From assembly GCA_000004985.1 (NCBI GenBank), contig GG738888.1: a stretch of 64,000 bases of DNA; one strand, written 5' to 3'. Each line of letters opens with the position of its first letter. Position 1 is the stretch's first letter. The DNA is from Naegleria gruberi (taxonomy: Eukaryota). This document shows positions 46,635-59,854 of this stretch, one piece after another. Position numbers and translations under genes: made by a program. The notes under the pieces are model-generated. The model saw only the letters and a list, made by a program, of their open reading frames with translations, was not told the DNA's origin and searched no databases.

Positions 46635-49600
46635 AAAAGACTACATGTCTTGGTCATGGAGCATGTGATTCCACAGGCACTTGTGTGTGTTATGCAGATA
46701 GAGAACAGGGATATTGGAATGGTCCTAATTGTGATTCTTGTTTGAAAGGGTATTTTGGAAGTGAATGTTCAACCTATTTCTCTTCAGTCAATTCTTCATC
46801 AACATCAAATATTATTGGTCAAATATCAAAATATTTTGATGGAATATTGTTCAAGTTGTTTGGACCTTCATCTTATTCAATGAATTCATTAATGTGTTCT
46901 TTATTGATTCATTCCCACGATCTGGCCTTACTAGGTTCTGAACCAAAATGTTATTGGACTGACAAGGAGACTGGAAATTTCAAAATTGAATTTGATAATG
47001 ACTTCATTTTTGATATTTCTCAAACAAAAAGTATTAGATTGAACACTAACGTATTTTCAAAATCCAAGGTAGCTGATTTTATTGGATTGTCATTAATTTT
47101 GTCAGAGGAAATGCAGCAACCAATTTCTGTTATCCAAACTACAAAGAAACTCTATTCAACTTCTGAAAATGTTCATATCAGTGGTGCAAATAGTTTTTCA
47201 GGAGACAAGAAAGGATTAGAATATTATTGGGATGTTAGTGGAAATATTACTAGTAATTTATTTCAGTCCATCAGACTGATTCGAGATCCAATACTTAAAA
47301 TTGATAAGGGAAAATTAACTAGTGGTTTTTATACCATAAATTTGATTGTAAAAAGCCAAGTAAGCAAATTAGTAAGCTCCCAGTCCTCAGAAAATATTGA
47401 AATACAAAATGTTGAATTTCCCTCAGTTGTTATTTCAGGAAAAAAGGAATTGGTTATGCTCTCAACTGAAAAGTCAGTTATTATTAAAAAGACAACAAGT
47501 CTTCCTACTTCATTGAAAGATAAGGAAATGAAGGTTGAGTGGCAACTTGTTGCAGGACCGACAATCAAATTTGAGAAGGATTCGTACAATAATTTACTGA
47601 TCCCACAATTTTCAACTGGAAAACGTGTCTATAGCTTCAAAGTTTCAATTTATTCTGTTGAAAATCCTTCATTAACCTCAAGTGATACTGTAATAATTAA
47701 TACTGAACAACCATCCCTCACACTTTCACTTATACTAACAAAGAACTCAAATGCTTCTCAATCTTGTCTACAAATTAATTTTCAAGATCCTGAGAATAAT
47801 ACAGATGAAATAGAAGTTTGGAGTTGGACCTGTATTGATTCAGAAACATTTGGTTATTGTGGAGATTTCATAGTTGAGAAAATGTATCAATACGCAAAAG
47901 ACCGTTCTAGTATTGTTGTGGTGGCAAAAGAGGATTTCTCAAATCAATTAATTAATCCAACATTCACACTTACAATTACAAAAGGAAAAAGATTTGTTTC
48001 CAGTTCCATCACTTTGAAAATTTCTCATCCGCCTCCAATTGTTAATGTTATTGATATTTCACCTAAATTGAAAACAAAAATTAATGACAATGACAAGATA
48101 TCCATAGAGATTAAACATCCTGACCAAGATCCAGCAGATTCAACTCTGTCAGTGAAAACTCAATGGAAAATTGATGGCACAATTGTTTCTGAATGTGAAA
48201 CCTCAAAAGTTTCTAATGAAATTCAAACAATATCCTCCACAATTTCTTCTCCATATAGTAACATCAAGATTGTTAACAAGAATCAACAAAGTTCTATTAT
48301 TGTTGACTCAAAAGAATTAGAGTATGGAATGAAACATTCAATTCAACTCAAAGTTTCGTTTGTAAATAAGAACCATGATGAAATTGCAGCCTCAGAAGTG
48401 TTCAACAATTTTGTAAAATCCCAACCCCCAAAGAAGTGTCCTTGTAAAATCTCTCCTTCTACTGGTATTTCAATGAAGACTGACTTTTCATTCAGTTGTG
48501 ATAATTGTCAAAACGAAGACAACACAATTGAAATCAAACAAGGATACATTGATAGGGAAACTGGAATTAAAGTTTCTGTTCCACTGTCACAAGATTCCAC
48601 AATGAAAATACCTTCCATTCCATCCTCTTTGAATGATGAAACTGTTACTTTATTCATTGAATTGATTGACACCAATACAGGTGAATCAAGACTTATGAAG
48701 TCTATCGTTACCGTTAGACCAGATACTGTTTCAAGTTTATCTGAAATAATGGAGCAAGTCTCGAATCAAACAAACCTTATTTCCGCCTTTGTAAAGGATG
48801 GTGATACAAGTAGGAGCGTTTCTCAAACAATCAACACTGTTATTTCAACCACTCAACTGCTCCAAAGTTTGCCATCAACTTCTAAGGATTCATCAATTAT
48901 CAGCTCAATTCAATCCAAGTTACTAGATACCTTGGCTAGTTCAGTTCAAACTGCTGGTAAGGATTCTGCTCCAGAATCATCAGCAATCACAATTTTAGCT
49001 GTGAATGCAATGATTAAAAGTGAGAATAGAATGGAAACTCCAGTCATCAGAAAATCAATTACAGTTCTTAACAATGTTATACAATTGACAATTAAGAGTA
49101 AGGTAGATATATTCTCTCAATCATTCAAACCACTGATGAATACTATTGGTACTCTTAGCACACAAGTTTCAAAGATGAAATTGTTGAGAGATCAATTCGA
49201 ACACTACGAGTCCATAGCAATAATTGCTAAAGATTATGTTCTTTCTTTCGTTCAGGTCCAATCAGTGTCTGTTGATCCAGCTGCTCTACAACAAGAGGTT
49301 GCTAATGTAAAGGCAGACAAGGTTTATTTAACAGATTTTTCTTCATCTATTGTGACCTCTCCTCCAACCAAAGAAAGAGTTATTTCTTATCAAGCTTATG
49401 TCAAAATACCATCGATTGAGTTTACTGAAATTAATGAGTATGCAGAGTTGACATATTGTATTGTGATGAAAGATCATGTTCCCACAATTTTCACACAAAT
49501 AATTGAACAAGATTTGAATATCTCATCCTTAATAGTAGTATCACCACAGAGTGTCAGCTTTTCACTTTCTTCCCCTAAATTGCTAACCGCTGATTTACCT

Positions 49601-50095
49601 AACAAGATTGCTGTTAATGTTCACATCAACGACGAGGAATTCATCTCAAGTGAGGACTCATTATATTCTTGTATTATTATTCAACCAGATTTAGAGTATG
49701 ATACAAGTATGTGTACAGTCTTTGGGCGTGATAGTGCTACCAATTCAATAACTTGCAATTGTAACTTTGAATCATGGAAAATAGAAAATCTCATTGTTGT
49801 TAAGGATTTGAAAAAATCTCGTTCACCACCCAAATCCTCGAAACTTCAGAATAATAGTAGTATCATTATTATTATTCTTTCTGTTGTTATCCCTAGTGGA
49901 TCATTGATTATTATATTATCTGGTGTTGTTGCATTGTTATGTTGTGTTTATTGTGTTAAGAAAAGAAAACCAAAGATTAATCCATACAATGAAAGCAATG
50001 GCTTGCATTCGCATAATATCAAACAGCCCTCCAAAATTATGGATAGCTCTTTAATATCTATCCACCAATCAGACTCGTCAATGTCATTACTCTAA
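46635..50095 (+). CDS. Copy A of duplicated large type-I membrane protein gene, 3' portion only (1152 codons; 5' exons and EGF region lie in the gap)
   Basis: From the gap edge in frame to TAA at 50093-50095. About 99.4% nucleotide identity to 54868-58320, with roughly 20 substitutions giving about 11 amino-acid changes. The same C-terminal TM helix (IIIIILSVVIPSGSLIIILSGVVALLCCVYCV) and 45-aa tail are present. Confidence 0.8.
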
Positions 50096-51009
50096 TCTAA
50101 TATATTTTCGTGTTTTTAAAAACACATAACAATAAAAAAATATAAATTAAGACAAATGGATTAAAGCTCAATTGAGATACCGTTTGGTGAATCAACCTTG
50201 GAACCTTTGGATTGTAACCGAACCTCGGATACATCTTACTCCAATCTCTTATTGATTAAAGATTTTGAAATATGTACTTTTAGAAGTGGGTTTGGAAATA
50301 CATACTCTTTGATTATTCAATGAAAAACTACTTAACCATTCATTATGATATCTTACAAACTTGTTCTATACATTTAGGAGGAGCTACCCTGAAAGGATGA
50401 CATCTTTAAATCAAATATTCATCGAACAATAAGGCACAGGTTTGAAAGACAAATATTGAAAGTTAGAAAAGCGAGTAAAAATGAAAATTTTATAATTTAA
50501 AATCGGGGAACAGACCAAATGATGGATAAAGAACGTTGTTCCTCCTTGATCGACTAAGTAATTATCAAGAAGGAAGGTTTCTAAATATTTGCAAAATTTC
50601 ATCTTCAATGATAATTTTCAAACCGAAAAATTTAAAAATAGAATAGATAATTGTGAGACGGAAAAGTAACATACAAAAAAAATGTGATGTCTCTTTCTCT
50701 TCCTCATTCAATCATCTCATCATATCATCATATCATCAGGAGTTGTTTCATAATAATTTTAAAAATATATATTGATTGGAATTATTTGGAAGATGATGTT
50801 TCGGAATTGGAATAATATTTATTTGGAAGTTATTATAAAGGTGGAGGTGTGGTGCCTTTGGCACTCACTTCCACCAAGTTGCAAAATTAATTGGAAATTT
50901 AGGATAGCTTTAATAATGTAATTGGATTGGATTGGTAGATGTATCACCTCTTGGTCATCAAGTTGGATCTTCCCTTCCATCATTTGGAAGGGAGCAACTT
51001 CTCCCTTCA

Positions 51010-51078
51010 ATATTATTAATAAATTAATATTATTAATAAATTAATATTATTAATAAATTAATATTATTAATAAATTAT
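51010..51078. repeat. Minisatellite (17-bp unit attaatattattaataa x4)
   Basis: Direct tandem copies visible in the sequence. Confidence 0.8.
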
Positions 51079-51269
51079 AATTTATACTTGTTGTTATTTG
51101 CAGCCGTAGTAATGTTCTTCTTAATGCTACATATTCTTGTTTGTATAGATATTTTTAGAAATAAAACCTATCGCGCTGTTAGCTCAGCGGTTGCATAATG
51201 GCAATGTTCACTAATGGACGTGCGATCGATTCTCGGTCATTTTACTCATTTTTGTCTCTAATAAGGCTT

Positions 51270-51700
51270 TTTTTTGAAGATATTGAGCCATGAATTTGAA
51301 ACTTTCTCAGATTGTTCTCCTCATCTAGGGGAGTATATCCATACTTGATACTTGTATGATATATTGTAAAATGAATGAGATGGAGTATATTCTATATGTT
51401 GAAATATGACAATTTGACAGATTGTTATTATTATCATATTGAATTCAATTCTAAAACACTAAAATTGATACCAGATGTATATTAGTGTGACTAAATGTAT
51501 CTGGTAAAGTTACAGGATGATTGGATGTACTTTCATTGAGATAGAGTGTTCACTAAGATATATTAAGTGTTGACATTGAACATTTACTGATTAATTTTAT
51601 GAAAGTAGTTTGAAATGTTTCTAAACTATTATAGATTTATTTAATTGATGTATAGACTATGTGGTATCAATTATAGACTGATTGTACGTATAATGAGTGA
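51270..51700. repeat. ~430-bp dispersed repeat, copy 1 (downstream of gene copy A)
   Basis: About 85% identity to 59855-60300. Shared blocks include gaaactttc.cagattgttctcctcatc.aggggagt, gacaatttgacagattgttattattatcata.tgaattcaattctaa, ggtaaagttaca.gatga.tggatgtactttc..tgagatagag. Confidence 0.7.
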
Positions 51701-51835
51701 GTTGGATTATAAGTTTTATTCTTTTAAGAATAACTTGTCTAATATTACTTCTGGTAAAGGTAATCCAATTATTGATTTAATGTTGTCTACTGTTGTTTCT
51801 ACTCATTCAAATACTATTTCCCATAGTTCTTCTTC

Positions 51836-51910
51836 TCAAGTTTGCGTGTTTCTGCTTCTTTTTCTCATGCTTCTGCTTCTTCTTCTCGTGCTTCTGCTTC
51901 TACTTCTCGT
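51836..51910. repeat. Hexanucleotide-type microsatellite (tgcttc/ttctcg variants) abutting a gap
   Basis: Reads ttctgcttctttttctcatgcttctgcttcttcttctcgtgcttctgcttctacttctcgt, then Ns. Confidence 0.7.
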
Positions 51911-51960
51911 NNNNNNNNNNNNNNNNNNNNNNNNNNNNNNNNNNNNNNNNNNNNNNNNNN
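51911..51960. other. Assembly gap (50 N)
   Basis: Run of N. The ~30 nt after it (atcaagatcatcgatatctggtgtgtacat) nearly duplicates the ~30 nt before gap 1 (43082-43110). Confidence 1.
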
Positions 51961-52218
51961 ATCATCAAGATCATCGATATCTGGTGTGTACATGTATTTA
52001 TTACTCATATGGCCTTGTTGAGAAGGAGATGACTTGCACCAAACACTTTATCTCGATATCTTTCAAAATAAAAGAGCATTGTGTTTGAGGTTTTCCAGCT
52101 ATTCTGTCATTGTACAATGTGCGTAATGTATTGTGGCGAACTTTACATCCTTAATTAGAATGAAACCAACTACCATCGACTTTTAAGGGCACGAACAAAC
52201 TGGAAAAAATACATTGAG

Positions 52219-55200
52219 ATGGCAAATCCACTCTCAGATCAACACATGCTTTTGCGTCATTGCTTGTTGTTGTGTTTGATAGGAAGTTTGATGATTATCA
52301 GTGGCAATTGTTTGGCAATTCAACCATACTCACCTAAATCAAAAATTATTGCTGGAATATTACCTGCTGGTAATATATCAAGTTCCGACACCAATATATT
52401 TCCAGATTCCTCTCTGTTTATGGATGGTGAGGCTGGAATTTTGTATTTCTATGAGAGTTATCGAATAAGGAAAATAACTCTAGCTACAGGAATTATTTCA
52501 ACAGTGGTATGTAATTCTTCTTGCTTAATTAGAAATTATACAACAATCATCTCAGGTTGGTTCAGGAAAAGAAGGAAGTATTCATACAAACAATCCCTTA
52601 ACATCTCAAATTGGATTAGTACGGAACTTACAACGATGGAAAGATAGTTTAATTTGGAGTGAAAATTGTTTTATTAACAAATTAGATTTAAAATCAAATC
52701 AAATAACAAGGGTATTTGGTAATGGATGGGGAACTGACTCTGATGCCACAATTACTGACCCTTTAAAGGTAGTAATCTCAGATGATATCACCTCTGTGGA
52801 AATAGACAAAAGCACGGGAGATATTTATATTGGAGGTATGTATACTGGACAATTAATCAAAGAATTTTATTTCTTTTAGAAATTACATGTATAAGAAAAA
52901 TTGACGCTAAAACAGGTAGAGTAAGCATTTATGCTGGTAACTGCAGAGTTTCAAGTAGTTTTTTTGATGTTGCATTGTCTAACTCATTATTCGAACAGAT
53001 TCATTCGTTACAATTTTGTAATGGAGAATTGTACTTAGTAAGTTCTTAATGTTATAAAGCATAACATTTTCTTCAAGACTACAAAGAATAGGTTGCAGAA
53101 AATATTCAATAATAACGGTCAAATGTGGTTAACCACTTTAAAATTTGGATCTTCTATGAACTGGTTAGAATGTTTTAATGGTTCCTTAATTGTTGATTTT
53201 AAATTCAACGGATTATCTGGAAAACCTAATATTGCATATGCAGCAGTTGATGAAACTAAGGGTGATATTTATTTTGCGGACAATAAGCTCTGTAACATAC
53301 AAAAGTTGTCTGGGGGAAATTTTTCCACAACTATTGATTGCAAGAAAGAAGTGGATATCCAAACTCTTCCACTCTCAATTTATGCCGCTGATTCATCTTT
53401 CGATGACACTGGTTTGTATATAGCTGATAGAAGGAGTATCAAATTCCTTAATTATTCAACAAATGCTCTCAGTTTTGTTGGTGGTTATCCAGAAGCTTCC
53501 ACCGATATTTGCTTCTCAAACATTAGGTCTATTCATAGTACTGATAAGGGAATATTTATAGGTATGTTTTCAAGTTTCAAGTTACTGACCCATGTCTAGT
53601 GGATGATAATATGATCAAGTTACTGTCTGGTCCGAACCTTACTTATATTCTAGGTTCTTCTAATTATAATATTGTTTGTGTTAATGGTTCATTAGCAACA
53701 AGCTGTCATTTCAATGTGAGTATGGTTAAATTAAGGCAGTATTAACACTTGTTTTTAAAACAAAGTCTTACGGTCCTATTAAGCTTGAATTATTCGAAGA
53801 TGAACTTTACTTTTTATTGCCAAGTTGGTATACTCAAAGATTGGGTAAAATTACACTGAATGGTTTAATTTTTTTCTTTGATATTCCACAACCGACTGTT
53901 GACACCTTCAGTATGAATGATGGTAAAATTTATTACAGCTACGGTGGTAGTCTTTATGTGTATGACTTGTATACTGGAAGTTTAACATTATCAATTTCTG
54001 TAAGTGAGATTATCAATATTAATATTCACCTTTAAAAAGAATTTTAATCAAGAAATTTTTTACATTGAGAATGAACAAATGTTTTATTTTGATTATGAAA
54101 ATGAAGGAAGTTATGCAATCAAGGAATATTCATTGGACACAAAAATAACTAGATATTGGGACAATAACTTTAATTTCGAGAAAGATACTTTACTTTTTAG
54201 CTATGTTTCTACTTTGGATTTCTATGTGATAGTAGAGTTTAATCAAGTAAGAAAAATAGTTAAGGAAATGAATTCTTGTTATGGAATTCTGTCATCTGAT
54301 CCAAGTGTTTGTAATGGAAGAGGCCGTTGTGTTGAAACTGACACATGTCAATGTTTCTCTGACTCTAAAGTTAAAATATCAGGATTGTCTTGTGAGCAAT
54401 TGCTTTGCAAAAGCATTTATAATGGTGTAGAGTACTTTTTAGACAGTAATGACCCAAGAGTATGTTCTAAAAACGGAAAATGTACTTTTAACTCAACCAA
54501 TCCAGAAGGTTGCTCTTGTAAATCTGGATACTTTGGAGAAAGTTGTGAGAAATTTGGCTGTTTTTCAATACCAAAGAATGATGCAAATGTTTGCTCAGGG
54601 AAAGGAAAGTGTGTAGACATGGATACGTGTCAGTGTTTAGATGATTCAAATGGTCATTATTATGGCCCAAGTTGTAGTTCCTGCCATCCAGGTTATTCTG
54701 GAATTCATTGCACTGAAAAAGCTTGTTCTGCTTCCACTTGTGTGAATGGTGTATGTGGAGGTGATAACCAATGTACTTGTTCTGGTAATTTTACAGGAAT
54801 TATTTGTGATAATTGTATAATTGATCATTATGGATCTGATTGTAAAGTCTTATGTAATGAAAAGTCTACATGTCTTGGTCATGGAGCATGTGATTCCACA
54901 GGCACTTGTGTGTGTTATGCAGATAGAGAACAGGGATATTGGAATGGTCCTAATTGTGATTCTTGTTTGAAAGGGTATTTTGGAAGTGAATGTTCAACCT
55001 ATTTCTCTTCATTCAATTCTTCATCAACATCAAATATTATTGGTCAAATATCAAAATATTTTGATGGAATATTGTTCAAGTTGTTTGGACCTTCATCTTA
55101 TTCAATGAATTCAGTAATGTGTTCTTTATTGATTCATTCCCACGATCTGGCCTTACTAGGTTCTGAACCAAAATGTTATTGGACTGACAAGGAGACTGGA

Positions 55201-58200
55201 AATTTCAAAATTGAATTTGATAATGACTTCATTTTTGATATTTCTCAAACAAAAAGTATTAGATTGAACACTAACGTATTTTCAAAATCCAAGGAAGCTG
55301 ATTTTATTGGATTGTCATTAATTTTGTCAGAGGAAATGCAGCTACCAATTTCTGTTATCCAAACTACAAAGAAACTCTATTCAACTTCTGAAAATGTTCA
55401 TATCAGTGGTGCAAATAGTTTTTCAGGAGACAAGAAAGGATTAGAATATTATTGGGATGTTAGTGGAAATATTAGTAGTAATTTATTGCAGTCCATCAGA
55501 CTGATTCGAGATCCAATACTTAAAATTGATAAGGGAAAATTAACTAGTGGTTTTTATACCATAAATTTGATTGTAAAAAGCCAAGTAAGCAAATTAGTTA
55601 GCTCCCAGTCCTCAGAAAATATTGAAATACAAAATGTTGAATTTCCCTCAGTTGTTATTTCAGGAAAAAAGGAATTGGTTATGCTCTCAACTGAAAAGTC
55701 AGTTATTATTAAAAAGACAACAAGTCTTCCTTCTTTATTGAAAGATAAGGAAATGAAGGTTGAGTGGCAACTTGTTGCAGGACCGACAATCAAATTTGAG
55801 AAGGATTCGTACAATAATTTACTGATCCCACAATTTTCAACTGGAAAACGTGTCTATAGCTTCAAAGTTTCAATTTATTCTGTTGAAAATCCTTCATTAA
55901 CCTCAAGTGATACTGTAATAATTAATACTGAACAACCATCCCTCACACTTTCACTTATACTAACAAAGAACTCAAATGCTTCTCAATCTTGTCTACAAAT
56001 TAATTTTCAAGATCCTGAGAATAATACAGATGAAATAGAAGTTTGGAGTTGGACCTGTATTGATTCAGAAACATTTGGTTATTGTGGAGATTTCATAGTT
56101 GAGAAAATGTATCAATACGCAAAAGACCGTTCTAGTATTGTTGTGGTGGCAAAAGAGGATTTCTCAAATCAATTAATTAATCCAACATTCACACTTACAA
56201 TTACAAAAGGAAAAAGATTTGTTTCCAGTTCCATCACTTTGAAAATTTCTCATCCGCCTCCAATTGTTAATGTTATTGATATTTCACCTAAATTGAAAAC
56301 AAAAATTAATGACAATGACAAGATATCCATAGAGATTAAACATCCTGACCAAGATCCAGCAGATTCAACTCTGTCAGTGAAAACTCAATGGAAAATTGAT
56401 GGCACAATTGTTTCTGAATGTGAAACCTCAAAAGTTTCTAATGAAATTCAAACAATATCCTCCACAATTTCTTCTCCATATAGCAACATCAAGATTGTTA
56501 ACAAGAATCAACAAAGTTCTATCATTGTTGACTCAAAAGAATTAGAGTATGGAATGAAACATTCAATTCAACTCAAAGTTTCGTTTGTAAATAAGAACCA
56601 TGATGAAATTGCAGCCTCAGAAGTGTTCAACAATTTTGTAAAATCCCAACCCCCAAAGAAGTGTCCTTGTAAAATCTCTCCTTCTACTGGTATTTCAATG
56701 AAGACTGACTTTTCATTCAGTTGTGATAATTGTCAAAACGAAGACAACACAATTGAAATCAAACAAGGATACATTGATAGGGAAACTGGAATTAAAGTTT
56801 CTGTTCCACTGTCACAAGATTCCACAATGAAAATACCTTCCATTCCATCCTCTTTGAATGATGAAACTGTTACTTTATTCATTGAATTGATTGACACCAA
56901 TACAGGTGAATCAAGACTTATGAAGTCTATCGTTACCGTTAGACCAGATACTGTTTCAAGTTTATCTGAAATAATGGAGCAAGTCTCGAATCAAACAAAC
57001 CTTATTTCCGCCTTTGTAAAGGATGGTGATACAAGTAGGAGCGTTTCTCAAACAATCAACACTGTTATTTCAACCACTCAACTGCTCCAAAGTCTGCCAT
57101 CAACTTCTAAGGATTCATCAATTATCAGCTCAATTCAATCCAAGTTACTAGATACCTTGGCTAGTTCAGTTCAAACTGCTGGTAAGGATTCTGCTCCAGA
57201 ATCATCAGCAATCACAATTTTAGCTGTGAATGCAATGATTAAAAGTGAGAATATAATGGAAACTCCAGTCATTAGAAAATCAATTACAGTTCTTAACAAT
57301 GTTATACAATTGACAATTAAGAGTAAGGTAGATATATTCTCTCAGTCATTCAAACCACTGATGAATACTATTGGTACTCTTAGCACACAAGTTTCAAAGA
57401 TGAAATTGTTGAGAGATCAATTCGAACACTACGAGTCCATAGCAATAATTGCTAAAGATTATGTTCTTTCCTTCGTTCAAGTCCAATCAGTGTCTGTTGA
57501 TCCAGCTGCTCTGCAACAAGAGGTTGCTAATGTAAAGGCAGACAAGGTTTATTTAACAGATTTTTCTTCATCTATTGTGACCTCTCCTCCAACCAAAGAA
57601 AGAGTTATTTCTTATCAAGCTTATGTCAAAATACCATCGATTGAGTTTACTGAAATTAATGAGTATGCAGAGTTGACATATTGTATTGTGATGAAAGATC
57701 ATGTTCCCACAATTTTCACACAAATAATTGAACAAGATTTGAATATCTCATCCTTAATAGTAGTATCACCACAGAGTGTCAGCTTTTCACTTTCTTCCCC
57801 TAAATTGCTAACCGCTGATTTACCTAACAAGATTGCTGTTAATGTTCACATCAACGACGAGGAATTCATCTCAAGTGAGGACTCATTATATTCTTGTATT
57901 ATTATTCAACCAGATTTAGAGTATGATACAAGTATGTGTACAGTCTTTGGGCGTGATAGTGCTACCAATTCAATAACTTGCAATTGTAACTTTGAATCAT
58001 GGAAAATAGAAAATCTCATTGTTATTAAGGATTTGAAAAAATCTCGTTCACCACCCAAATCCTCGAAACTTCAGAATAATAGTAGTATCATTATTATTAT
58101 TCTTTCTGTTGTTATCCCTAGTGGATCATTGATTATTATATTATCTGGTGTTGTTGCATTGTTATGTTGTGTTTATTGTGTTAAGAAAAGAAAACCAAAG

Positions 58201-58320
58201 ATTAATCCATACAATGAAAGCAATGGCTTGCATTCGCATAATATCAAACAGCCCTCCAAAATTATGGATAGCTCTTTAATATCTATCCACCAATCAGACT
58301 CGTCAATGTCATTACTCTAA
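52219..58320 (+). CDS. Copy B of duplicated large secreted/type-I membrane protein: signal peptide, ~450-aa NHL/beta-propeller-like repeat region, ~7 tenascin-type EGF repeats, ~1050-aa extracellular region, single TM, 45-aa cytoplasmic tail; 7 exons
   Basis: Hand-built exon model: 52219..52506, 52556..52835, 52880..53037, 53078..53561, 53600..53715, 53766..53999, 54040..58320. All introns are GT..AG (gtatgt, gtatgt, gtaagt, gtatgt, gtgagt, gtaagt donors), 38-50 nt, with consistent phases. Total 5841 nt = 1947 codons. Exon 1 encodes MANPLSDQHMLLRHCLLLCLIGSLMIISGNCLA (signal peptide). Repeats such as TGDIYIGG, GDIYFADNKLCNIQKLSGG, TGLYIADRRSIKFLNY and DGKIYYSYGGSLYVYDLYTG are propeller-blade-like. 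EGF units follow the CxCxxGxxGxxC pattern. It joins track ORFs 52219, 53093, 53817 and 54004. Confidence 0.8.
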
Positions 58321-58473
58321 TCTAATATATTTTAAGAATAAAAAAATATAAATTAAGACAAATGGATTAAAGCTCAATTGAGATACCGTTTGGTGAATCA
58401 ACCTTGGAACCTTTGGATTGTAACCGAACCTCGGATACATCTTACTCCAATCTCTTATTGATTAAAGATTTTG

Positions 58474-58925
58474 AAATATGGACTTTTAGAAGTCAAATGT
58501 TTGGGACGTGAATCTACTCATTAGATCGAATAGGTATTGCTAATAAAGGAACATTTCATTGATTTATTGATTATAACGGTCAAATTGAGTTCCATCCAAG
58601 TGAATCACATGGTTGGGTTTGGTTAGGATTCAGAGTTGATTTATTTGGGTTATTTAAGAGATTACTTAGTGAAGATTCATATCATTGATTATATTTCTTA
58701 TCATCTATTAATGATGTAAATTTGATGGTTTCATTTCTTATATTGATAGATATTTAAAGGTCAGGTCAGTATCAACTTTTGAAATATGGACTTTGAGAAT
58801 TCAAATGTTTGGGACGTGAATCTACTCATTAGATTGAAAGGGTATTGCTAATAAAGGAACATTTCATTGATTTATTGATCATAACGGTCAAATTGAGTTG
58901 AATGGAAGTGAATCACATGTTGATT
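58474..58925. repeat. Two ~150-bp homologous segments (58474-58625, 58779-58925) forming a local tandem-like repeat downstream of gene copy B
   Basis: Both share ttttgaaatatggactttt/gagaagt/attcaaatgtttgggacgtgaatctactcattagat.gaa.gggtattgctaataaaggaacatttcattgatttattgat.ataacggtcaaattgagtt. Confidence 0.7.
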
Positions 58926-59854
58926 GATCGTGGATGGGTAGTTTCGCCACGTAGTGGTGCAACTACCAACCTTTGTAGATTGAATCACGTTGATTTGCAT
59001 CAATCTTCAATATGTATCATTATCAAGAGTGATTATTCACCAATTCAATGATCAATATTCAATAATCGGTTTGATTTCAATCAAAACTTGATCATCAAGC
59101 TTTGAATTAATATTCCAGTAATCAACGGCAGTCTATTTTTAAATTTAATCAAAGACCATATATAGTAGCTTGACTTTTATGATTTGGAAACTATCTAGAT
59201 TTGTTCTATATTGAATAATCTATTTGAAAATGAGAAGAATTAACTCTTCAATTTAGTTTATTGATATTACTATATATATGGTATTATTTCTTACAGAGTC
59301 TTCCACAGAACTCACTCTTGAAATATTAATTGTACTAGAGCGTGTGAGAAACATAATGGTGGTGGAGTTAATCAATAACTCGTTGAAATGACTGAGATGG
59401 AATGTAAACTATGGTCTATTTGTCTTGTAATGGTGACCTGACAGTGTCAATTTCATCAAATTATTTCAAATTGATTACATTCAATAAAAAACCGTTCTAT
59501 ACATCAAACATGTCATATAGAATGAGTTTCAATATTTAATATTATGAACTGACTCTGTTGGATACCATCTCTATAAATATAACAAGATGAAAAGTGTCAA
59601 CATTCAATTTCACATGCATGTTACTATGGAGAGTCATCATTATATCATCTAGATAGGTAATATTTCAAGTTTCAGTCGAATTGACAGTCTAGATATTGAG
59701 ATGTGAAAACTAAGGTTGATGAAGTGTCACCTTCACTGATTACTGACATGAGAAGAACAATTGAATATATTATTCTTGTATAAATAATTCATTATTCAAC
59801 GATTTTGATATGATGGTAAAATTTAATTTTGGAAATATAATTCTTCCTTAGTTG

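Noticed and set aside
43009-46745. Huge ORFs (1189-2342 aa) consisting mainly of X residues
   Set aside because: Translation straight through the 3524-N assembly gap. Only the post-gap part 46635-50095 is real coding sequence (gene copy A).
54417-54828. Three 60-67-aa minus-strand ORFs inside gene copy B, and the 86-aa minus ORFs at 47329 and 55554
   Set aside because: Antisense to a well-supported long coding exon, and duplicated only because the gene is duplicated.
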